DNA from: an uncultured Candidatus Saccharibacteria bacterium
Lineage (GTDB): Bacteria; Patescibacteriota; Dojkabacteria; SC72
DNA: 64,000 nucleotides
Assembly: GCA_964560525.1 (NCBI GenBank)
Contig: CAZLLO010000003.1
Location: forward strand, 9,585-73,584
Direction of reading: 5' to 3'
Part shown: positions 57,075 to 64,000 of the stretch, one piece after another
Layout of the letters: every line of letters starts with the position of its first letter
How positions within the stretch are numbered: the stretch's first letter is position 1
Notes under the pieces: generated by a model
Told to the model about the DNA's origin: nothing
Database searches by the model: none
What the model saw: only the letters and a program-made list of their open reading frames with translations
Made by a program: the position numbers and the translations under genes

Positions 57075-58112
57075 CTAAAGAGAATTCAAATCAATCAGCT
57101 GCGCTTTTTTTAGTATTTCCTTTGGTAATTCCAAATGATTAATAATGGTTATGAATGTTTGTTGCTTCTGTATATTCTCCTCCCCAAATATCTTATGTGT
57201 ATTCTTAGGATCCAACTCCGAAGCAATATCATCTAACAAAAGAGTAGGGTAGAATCCCAATTTCTTGTTTAAAACATCCTGGACTTTAAATATCAAATTC
57301 CCAATAGCCAACCTCTTCTCACCCCTAGAACCATACTTCTTAATATTCTTCTCAACAATAATCTCCCAATCATCCCTCTGAGGACCAATATTAGAACAAC
57401 CAGTAACAATATCCCGCTTCTTTGCATCTTCAATACACTCCTCTAAATCCTTGTCATTAGATTTAATATATTCCAAAGAAAAACCATCAGAAGAAAGCTC
57501 ATCAACCAATTCTAACCTTTTAGTTTGAATAATCTTAGAAAGATTTACAAACTCATTAGTCCAGAAATTAAGTTGAGTATCATTACGGGCTATAATCCCC
57601 TGCTCGTAGAACTTCTTAGCAAGCTTTTTTAAATATGCATTCCTCTGTCTTAAAACCTTTCTAAATTGCGCCAAAGTATCATTGTACTCATAGTCAATTT
57701 GGGATATAACCTCATCAAGAAAATCCCTCCTTCGAGAAGGAGAAATCATCAAAATCTCAATCTGTTCAGGATTAAATATCGTAGACGCATTACTCTGAAA
57801 AAACTTCTTAGGAGTAGTATTCTGGTTATCTATCTTACAAACCCTTCGACTTTGATCCTTAAAGAACGCAAACAGATGTTCATCCGTAGCTATCTCAATT
57901 CTTGCAAATTTGTCTTCTTCATTTTGAGTATTGTTAACAAATTCATCAGATACTGCCCATGGAGATTTACCATTAGTAAGGAGATATATAGCTTCGAGGA
58001 TAGTACTTTTCCCTTGTGCATTATTCCCATACAACACTACAATATCCTTGTTAATATCAATTTGTACATTCTCAAATCTTCTGAAATTTGTTAACTTTAT
58101 GCTTTTAATCAT
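57075..58112 (-). CDS. recF: DNA replication and repair protein RecF
   Basis: IKSIKLTNFRRFENVQIDINKDIVVLYGNNAQGKSTILEAIYLL (Walker A) and the C-terminal LLLDDIASELD (Walker B / D-loop). Confidence 0.85.
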   Translation of the reverse strand: MIKSIKLTNFRRFENVQIDINKDIVVLYGNNAQGKSTILEAIYLLTNGKSPWAVSDEFVNNTQNEEDKFARIEIATDEHLFAFFKDQSRRVCKIDNQNTTPKKFFQSNASTIFNPEQIEILMISPSRRRDFLDEVISQIDYEYNDTLAQFRKVLRQRNAYLKKLAKKFYEQGIIARNDTQLNFWTNEFVNLSKIIQTKRLELVDELSSDGFSLEYIKSNDKDLEECIEDAKKRDIVTGCSNIGPQRDDWEIIVEKNIKKYGSRGEKRLAIGNLIFKVQDVLNKKLGFYPTLLLDDIASELDPKNTHKIFGEENIQKQQTFITIINHLELPKEILKKAQLIDLNSL

Positions 58113-59923
58113 TATGTTTTTAATATAGCTAAGAATGCTTCTTGAGGAATATTTACTTTTCCAATCATCTTCAATCTAGCTTTACCCTTTTTCTGCTTGT
58201 TGAGTAGTTTTAATTTTCTGGAATAGTCTCCACCATATAGTTTTGAGGTGACATCTTTTCTAAATGCACTAATATCTTCTCTTGCTATTACCTGTGCATT
58301 GATTGCTGCTTGTAGTGGTATTGGGAACTGTTGTCTTGGTATTACCGTTTTCATTACTTCGAGTAATTTAGCTGCTTTGGGTCTTGCATTTTCTCTTACT
58401 TCTAAGAAGCTTAGTGCTGGTATTTCTTCATATTTTACTAACACGGAGACTTTTACAATATCTGCTGGGAAGAAATCTATGAATTCGTATTCCATTGATG
58501 CATATCCACTGGATATATTTTTCATCTGGTCAAAGAAGTTTGATATGAGGGATGCAAGAGGGATGTCGTACTCTAGAATGATATATTGCTCTGCCATTTG
58601 CATATCACTTTTCCCATTATTTAGATATTTGGTATTAACATAGGAACCTCTCCTGAGTTGGCATAGCTTCATTAAATCCCCCATGTATTGAGAAGGGGTG
58701 AGGAGTTCTATTCTTACCCATGGTTCTCTAATCTCCTTTATAACTGCTGGATCTGGTAACTCTTGTGGAGTTTGTATACTCATATTTGTTCCATCTAGCT
58801 TAGTGACCTGATACTCTACAGTAGGGGCTGTAATTATGAGGTTAACGTCATACTCCCTTTCTAGTCTTTCTTGAATTATATCCATATGTAGGAGCCCTAG
58901 AAAGCCACATCTGAACCCTGAGCCAAGTAGGTTGGATCTTTGATCTGTGAATGTTAATGATGCATCATTCATTGCCAATTTATTTAGTCCTGTTCTTAGG
59001 TTCTCGTAGTCTTCAGAATCAATTGGGAAGAAAGTTGCAAAGATATTTGGCTTTGGAGGCATATATCCTGGAAGTGGTTCTGTATTCGTTTTGTCCGAGA
59101 TAGTATCTCCTACGGTAAAATAGCTAATATCCTTTAATCCAGTTGCAATATATCCAACTTCACCCGTATTCAATGCTCCTGTTTCTTCCAAATCAGGAGA
59201 GAAGACACCAATCTCAGTAGGTTTGAAACTCTCTTTCCTTTGTAAAATATTTAATGAAGATGGTTTCCCATGTGTATGCTTGATGCTTCCATCAAATATT
59301 CTTACAGCTACTACAACACCTCGATGTTCGTCATAGAAGGAGTCAAAGATTAAAGCCTTGAGAGGGTTGTTTTCTTTTCCGCTAGGGGTGGGGACTTTTT
59401 CGATGATTGCATCGAGAAGTTTGTCTACATTTTCTCCTGTCTTTCCAGATACTTTTATAATTTCATCTTTAGAAAATCCTAACAATCCTTCGATCTCTCT
59501 TTCTCGGTCTTCTAGTTTAACTCCAGGTAAATCTATCTTGTTTAATACTGGTATTAATTTAAGACCCAAATCTAAAGCTTTTCTAGTGTTTGATATTGTT
59601 TGAGCCTGTATACCTTGGCTAGCATCTATGAGTAATATTGCAGCTTCGCATGCAGCAAGAGAACGAGATACTTCGTATGAGAAATCTACATGTCCTGGTG
59701 TATCTATGAGGTTTAATTGGTATCCTTTCCACTGCATTGTACATGCTTGGAGTTTGATAGTGATTCCTTTTTCTTGTTCTAATTCCAATCGATCAAGGAT
59801 TCTTTCTTTATGCTTCTCGTGGGTAGTATCTGTATGTGTTGCTTCAAGCATCCTATCTGCGAGCGTAGACTTCCCATGGTCTATATGTGCAATTATCGAA
59901 AAGTTTCGTATTTTATCTAACAT
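58112..59923 (-). CDS. lepA: Elongation factor 4 (LepA)
   Basis: NFSIIAHIDHGKSTLADR, DTPGHVDF, NKIDLP, and the LepA-specific C-terminal domain. Confidence 0.95.
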   Translation of the reverse strand: MLDKIRNFSIIAHIDHGKSTLADRMLEATHTDTTHEKHKERILDRLELEQEKGITIKLQACTMQWKGYQLNLIDTPGHVDFSYEVSRSLAACEAAILLIDASQGIQAQTISNTRKALDLGLKLIPVLNKIDLPGVKLEDREREIEGLLGFSKDEIIKVSGKTGENVDKLLDAIIEKVPTPSGKENNPLKALIFDSFYDEHRGVVVAVRIFDGSIKHTHGKPSSLNILQRKESFKPTEIGVFSPDLEETGALNTGEVGYIATGLKDISYFTVGDTISDKTNTEPLPGYMPPKPNIFATFFPIDSEDYENLRTGLNKLAMNDASLTFTDQRSNLLGSGFRCGFLGLLHMDIIQERLEREYDVNLIITAPTVEYQVTKLDGTNMSIQTPQELPDPAVIKEIREPWVRIELLTPSQYMGDLMKLCQLRRGSYVNTKYLNNGKSDMQMAEQYIILEYDIPLASLISNFFDQMKNISSGYASMEYEFIDFFPADIVKVSVLVKYEEIPALSFLEVRENARPKAAKLLEVMKTVIPRQQFPIPLQAAINAQVIAREDISAFRKDVTSKLYGGDYSRKLKLLNKQKKGKARLKMIGKVNIPQEAFLAILKT

Positions 59924-59962
59924 ACGAGAATTATATATGATTACGTTGAAGTTTAGTAGGTA

Positions 59963-60532
59963 TTAAAGCTCTTTTTCAACCTTTACTTGCATTTCAAAGC
60001 TTTCGGAGAATTGTACTCCATTGAGATTCTCTGTGTATAGCCAGACAATTAACTTTTGTCCTGAGGCAAACTGTATTTTTTGTGTGTATGTTTGTCCTTG
60101 TGTATCCTCTATTGGATATGGTATGTCATCGATAATTATTTTGATATTACTGTTAGTAGAAACATCTGTTTGACCATAGAAAGAAAGAGTTTTAGTCTCT
60201 GACGAACTATTCACTATCTCTAAGATTGGTTTTGAGGAACTCCCTGATGTTGTTTTCGCAATGTTGGTAGAGTAGGCGTAGTGATCATCAGATATCTTTG
60301 AGAGATTTTCACTAGTAAAGACCTCGTGTTTGCCACCTACAAGGTCTACTCTAAGATCTGATTGTGTTGTTACACCTAGAACATTTAATTCTTTGAGCTT
60401 CTTAGTAATTGGTGTGAGATTTTGTACAGTGAGGGCAGGTATTATGAAAAGTAATGCCAATACCCCTAGCGCTATTGGCTCTAATATATGTCCTACAAAG
60501 TTTTTTATTTTTTCTGTATTTAACTTGGGCAT
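59963..60532 (-). CDS. Hypothetical membrane-anchored extracytoplasmic protein (189 aa)
   Basis: N-terminal TM (ILEPIALGVLALLFIIPALTV) followed by a Ser/Thr-rich soluble domain. Confidence 0.5.
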   Translation of the reverse strand: MPKLNTEKIKNFVGHILEPIALGVLALLFIIPALTVQNLTPITKKLKELNVLGVTTQSDLRVDLVGGKHEVFTSENLSKISDDHYAYSTNIAKTTSGSSSKPILEIVNSSSETKTLSFYGQTDVSTNSNIKIIIDDIPYPIEDTQGQTYTQKIQFASGQKLIVWLYTENLNGVQFSESFEMQVKVEKEL

Positions 60533-60533
60533 G

Positions 60534-61082
60534 TTAATAGTATTTATGTTCTGTTGGATATATCTTAGCAGTTTCTATTTCAAATGTCTTTATTGTGAAA
60601 AGCGATATTATCATTGCTAATGCTCCTGCTACGATTCCAACCCATGAGTAGGTATTACCTTGTAGTGTATGTGCAATGGTAACTCCTGATGCTAGCCACA
60701 TAAATGCGCACCAGATGAAAATTGTAAGAAAGGAGGTCTCTTTGCTAGTGATCCACTTTAAAATATTGAACTTTGTCATTTTAATAATTGTTCGTGGATT
60801 ACTTGCTACTGTATGGTAGAGGTAGGTTTTGAGTATAAAGGTGATCAATGGAATTGCGATTACTAAAACCATTACGAGGTTTGATATTGAGTTTACAAAA
60901 AGAGTAGTCTCTGGATTTGAATAGTATATCTGAATTGAGAAGATACCATTTAAATCGTTACTTATTTGGAAATTCAGATTGTATATTATGCTAGTACATA
61001 AAATACCTAAGAATTTACCCGCAATTATCAATATTGCAGGAACTATTGATATTTTAAGTGCTCTTTTTAGCAGCTTTGACAT
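60534..61082 (-). CDS. Hypothetical polytopic membrane protein (182 aa)
   Basis: 4 to 5 predicted TM segments. Overlaps the 3' end of rpsT by 29 bp, so the true start may be internal. Confidence 0.5.
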   Translation of the reverse strand: MSKLLKRALKISIVPAILIIAGKFLGILCTSIIYNLNFQISNDLNGIFSIQIYYSNPETTLFVNSISNLVMVLVIAIPLITFILKTYLYHTVASNPRTIIKMTKFNILKWITSKETSFLTIFIWCAFMWLASGVTIAHTLQGNTYSWVGIVAGALAMIISLFTIKTFEIETAKIYPTEHKYY

Positions 61083-61350
61083 TATTTTGGGCGAGTTTGT
61101 TTAAATTTTTTGTAAGGCGTGACTTCATTCGGTCTGCCTTCTTATCCTTTATAACATTTTTCTTAGCAGCTTTGTCGAGAACTTTAAAAACATGCTGAAG
61201 AGTTGCTTTCGCCTCGGTTTCATTATTTTCAGTGATGAGTGTTCGGAATTTTTTAATAGATTTTTTGGTTCTTACTCTTAATCTGTCGTTATTGACTTCT
61301 CGTCTCTTGTTTTGTCTTAGATCTTTGATAGATGTTTTTAGATTTGGCAT
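61054..61350 (-). CDS. rpsT: 30S ribosomal protein S20
   Basis: Basic alpha-helical protein; the opening SIKDLRQNKRREVNNDRLRVRTKKSIKKF is typical of bS20. Confidence 0.85.
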   Translation of the reverse strand: MPNLKTSIKDLRQNKRREVNNDRLRVRTKKSIKKFRTLITENNETEAKATLQHVFKVLDKAAKKNVIKDKKADRMKSRLTKNLNKLAQNNVKAAKKST

Positions 61351-61444
61351 TATGATTACTGATAATATAAACTGCTTAAAGTTACGGTATTATATATATT
61401 ATTCTGTTGTTTGTAAACATATTGTTTTGTGTTAAACTCGTACT

Positions 61445-61861
61445 ATGAGTGATAGGCGTAAGTTTGTAGGGATAACAATTTCAGCGATAGTTTTGATTGC
61501 TATTTTCGTAGGTACTTTAGTAATGTTAAATATTAGGAAAAGGAATATTGAGGCGCAATCTGTATTGGGAGAAATGGATATGTCGGTTGTTCCATATATT
61601 GTAAGCTTACCACCGCTTTCTGGTGTTGTAGGGGAAGAGTATGTTTATGATGTAAAATATTCGGATAGGGATAGCCAAAGCTCTGAGATATCAATAAAAT
61701 TAATAGATGCTCCTTCGTGGTTATCTGTTAATAGTATGACAGTATCAGGTATTCCGACTTCAGAGAATGGGGGACAAAATAAGTTTTCGGTTAGAATTTC
61801 TGATGGAAAGAATTCTTCTGTGCAGGAAAATTATATTTTAATACAAGACAATGTTGAATAA
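61445..61861 (+). CDS. Membrane-anchored protein with an Ig/cadherin-like extracytoplasmic domain
   Basis: N-terminal TM; LPPLSGVVGEEYVYDVKYSD...SVNSMTVSGIPT resembles putative Ig (dystroglycan-type cadherin-like) domains. Confidence 0.5.
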   Translation: MSDRRKFVGITISAIVLIAIFVGTLVMLNIRKRNIEAQSVLGEMDMSVVPYIVSLPPLSGVVGEEYVYDVKYSDRDSQSSEISIKLIDAPSWLSVNSMTVSGIPTSENGGQNKFSVRISDGKNSSVQENYILIQDNVE

Positions 61862-62261
61862 GAAGTATTTTATATTAACAGGTTTTATCGGGATTATTCT
61901 TGTAGGAATATCTTCAGGCTTGTTGTTTGTACGAAATACATTTGGTTCTGATATTTTTGCATCTTCAGAGAAGAATTGTATTCCATACAATGTGTTTGTT
62001 GAGAAGGGGAGTAGTGAGTATTCTGTACAGATTAGCTGGAATACAAGGAAAGAATGTTTGGGTTTTGTTCAGTATGGGAGTAATCGAGATGATTTGGATT
62101 TAGTAAGCGTGGATATGGAGAACAAAGCTAAATCTAAAGTACATACTGTTGTCATTGAAAAACTTCTTACAACACAGCGCTACTATTTTTTAATTAATTC
62201 GGAAGATAAGGCGTATGGATATAATGGATCAGCACTTGATTTCTCGCTTAAGAATCTTTAA
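61851..62261 (+). CDS. Membrane-anchored protein with a fibronectin-III-like domain
   Basis: N-terminal TM followed by a beta-rich domain (YSVQISWNTRKECLGFVQYG). Confidence 0.5.
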   Translation: MLNKKYFILTGFIGIILVGISSGLLFVRNTFGSDIFASSEKNCIPYNVFVEKGSSEYSVQISWNTRKECLGFVQYGSNRDDLDLVSVDMENKAKSKVHTVVIEKLLTTQRYYFLINSEDKAYGYNGSALDFSLKNL

Positions 62262-64000
62262 CTATTTTCGTTTTTGAGATTTTCTCACAACTACCTCTTC
62301 AAAGTATTTCTTTGGTTTGAATATTCTCCAGGTATTTAATTCTGTATCTTTGAATACCCTGGAGTTTACAAATTTCTCTGTGAGGATTTGGCCTTGTGGT
62401 CTCGCATAAAGGAACCATCCTATTGCTACAACAGAGAGGCCAACGATAACTTTGAATATTACGGAGTCAAACAGCCCTGTAGATGGAGTGTGATTATCGT
62501 CTTGGTCTACTGTTTCTCCTGGATTGCTACAATCCTGAGCTACTAGGACATTGACACTGGTTCTAAGAGTGGAAGGATCTGCTGGTATTTGTTCTGGTGT
62601 TACGACAATCTCATTTTTATTAGATCCTGTTAAGGCACTTGAACCTGCTGTAGCTTGGAGCACGATAGTTAAAGATTGATTAGAGCTTAATGTCCATCCA
62701 TTTGTTTTTGATATTGTAATTTCTTGAGTGCTTCCAACTGTTGATATTGTTATATATCCAGAATCTGCAACAGCAACACCATTGATTTTGGAAGAACCTG
62801 TTTGATATACAAATCCTAGCGGTAGCTTGTCTAGAATAGAATTTATTTTCTGAGAATTTGTACTCTTGTTTGTTATAACAATTGTTAGTTGGGCTACATT
62901 ATCTGGAGAAATTCTCTCTACACAAGTTTTGTTTGATGTGTTTGTAACTAAGAAGTTTGATTCTACATCAGTCCCTCCACTAGGATTATCACTTGGGGTA
63001 ATGAATGTTACAGTACTGGTAGTAGTCCCAATAGAGGCATTTTCTACATATACTTCAGCCTTTACTTCCAACGAGCCAGTGTAATCATTCAGTTGTGCAA
63101 AACTAATATTACTAGAGAAATTAGAAGCAGTGTAAAGGTCTTGTTCTATCATCTCAATAACGCCTGTTTCTTTATCTACTGTCATTCCTTTGGTCATTGT
63201 TAACTCTGGATATTTGTTCTCAAATGTGAATTTAATTTTTACACCAGAAGAAGAGGCGAGTTTACCGACTGATATCTTAAGATCTGAGAGCTTTGTTTTT
63301 CCACTAGCTTCTCGTGTTGTAATTTGCATACTGTTTACGCTTGATTCTCCAGATTGTTGGACTTCAATCAATCTTCTACAAATAGGGGAATTGATTTGGT
63401 CATTGGTTGAAGTTGTTGCGGTTGCAACGATATTTATAGCGGTAATACCAGAGAGTGATGTAATAGCTTTCTTTATCGTGAGCTTGTCTGGTGATATTAC
63501 ATCAGGTGCTCCAGATTCGTTATTGATGACAAATTGGTAGTTTGTATATTCTTTATCAAATACAGCTTCTATATTCAATTGATTATCTGAGCTGATTTTA
63601 CCCGTTACAACTTTTCCATCTTTGTCAGTGATAGTCATTGAGTTACATCTTGTATCTGTTATGGATTGTAATTGACATATCTGATAGAGATCTTGTTGTG
63701 TTGAGCTATTTAGTAAGTTTGTGGAAAGTTTACTAGTTGAACATGCGACTTTGCATGTCTGAGTGCTGGGTACAGTTGCTGTTTCAAATTGAAATGCTCT
63801 TCGTGGATCTCCACATTCTGAGGTTACGGTTGGATCTATATAGTAACAACCACAGGTAGTGTTTGTATTATCACCAGTATCTAAAGAAGAATCTTTTATT
63901 GTATAGAAATAGATTGCTACGGCTACAAGGGCCAAACCTAAGACTCCTGTTACAATCAAGAGTATGGTTACGACTTTCTTAGATTTTTTTTGTGTTGTAA
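62262..64000 (-). CDS. Large surface protein with DUF11-like repeats and a C-terminal TPSTG-hydrophobic-basic sorting-signal-like tail; the N-terminus lies beyond the window end
   Basis: The frame stays open upstream of the ORF-track TTG to position 64000 (KKSKKVVTIL, then a TM). DUF11-like ISPDNVAQLTIVITNKS...LPLGFVY. C-terminal DNHTPSTGLFDSVIFKVIVGLSVVAIGWFLYARPQG. Confidence 0.6.
   Translation of the reverse strand, partial: TTQKKSKKVVTILLIVTGVLGLALVAVAIYFYTIKDSSLDTGDNTNTTCGCYYIDPTVTSECGDPRRAFQFETATVPSTQTCKVACSTSKLSTNLLNSSTQQDLYQICQLQSITDTRCNSMTITDKDGKVVTGKISSDNQLNIEAVFDKEYTNYQFVINNESGAPDVISPDKLTIKKAITSLSGITAINIVATATTSTNDQINSPICRRLIEVQQSGESSVNSMQITTREASGKTKLSDLKISVGKLASSSGVKIKFTFENKYPELTMTKGMTVDKETGVIEMIEQDLYTASNFSSNISFAQLNDYTGSLEVKAEVYVENASIGTTTSTVTFITPSDNPSGGTDVESNFLVTNTSNKTCVERISPDNVAQLTIVITNKSTNSQKINSILDKLPLGFVYQTGSSKINGVAVADSGYITISTVGSTQEITISKTNGWTLSSNQSLTIVLQATAGSSALTGSNKNEIVVTPEQIPADPSTLRTSVNVLVAQDCSNPGETVDQDDNHTPSTGLFDSVIFKVIVGLSVVAIGWFLYARPQGQILTEKFVNSRVFKDTELNTWRIFKPKKYFEEVVVRKSQKRK

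Noticed and set aside
61054-61082. The 29-bp overlap between rpsT and the upstream membrane-protein gene as evidence of a mis-call
   Set aside because: Both genes have clear ATG starts. The membrane protein may start at an internal Met. Overlaps of this size are common in compact genomes, so both features are retained, with the note above.
1-64000. CRISPR arrays, rRNA genes, transposases and integrases
   Set aside because: I found no regularly spaced direct repeats, no rRNA-like conserved blocks, and no ORF with DDE, tyrosine-recombinase or serine-recombinase motifs. The only tandem repetition is the poly-Thr coding tract at 47779-47813.

Overview
This 64 kb window appears to come from a low-GC (roughly 30-35% by eye) bacterium with a small-genome character. 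Many proteins are membrane or surface proteins of unknown function, there is a PilN/PilO-like pair, sortase-type LPXTG substrates, and no dnaJ after dnaK. It most resembles a Patescibacteria/CPR-like or other reduced Gram-positive-type organism; that placement is inference, not a database result. Genes are densely packed on both strands.

Most of the window is housekeeping, in order:
- valS 3' end, metG, pilN/pilO-like genes, rpoD.
- A cell-envelope cluster: an epimerase-DUF4012 fusion, a PEGA protein, and a GT4/MraY-like transferase.
- rsmA, a methyltransferase-Trm112 fusion, dnaG, a rodZ-like gene, ftsK.
- rpoB-rpoC-rpsL-rpsG, ending at a terminator with no fusA/tuf.
- A GT2 gene, rplY, and hrcA-grpE-dnaK behind a promoter plus a CIRCE variant.
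- An O-antigen-ligase/TPR protein, comFC, murJ, and groES-groEL behind a second copy of the same CIRCE variant.
- An LPXTG surface protein, a CI-like repressor paired with a DUF45 metallopeptidase, an ABC exporter, and folD-glyA-dcd-sufS.
- After the accessory stretch: recF, lepA, rpsT and several surface proteins.

The accessory stretch runs from about 47 to 57 kb and contains:
- A Thr-rich secreted/membrane protein.
- A stand-alone Lon-type AAA+ ATPase core with no N domain and no S16 protease domain.
- A minimal Gram-positive-type T4SS-like module: a PrgI/VirB3-like membrane protein with a C-terminal beta-sandwich extension, a separately encoded VirB4 N-terminal-domain homolog, and a VirB4 ATPase core with a DEAW Walker B motif. 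No VirD4, VirB6 or relaxase is present.
- A very AT-rich islet encoding a Pol-beta nucleotidyltransferase, a co-transcribed 2-TM miniprotein and a convergent P-loop kinase.
- A tRNA-Trp(CCA).
- Two unknown ORFs that look like one gene split by a frameshift.

No rRNA, CRISPR array, transposase or integrase was seen.
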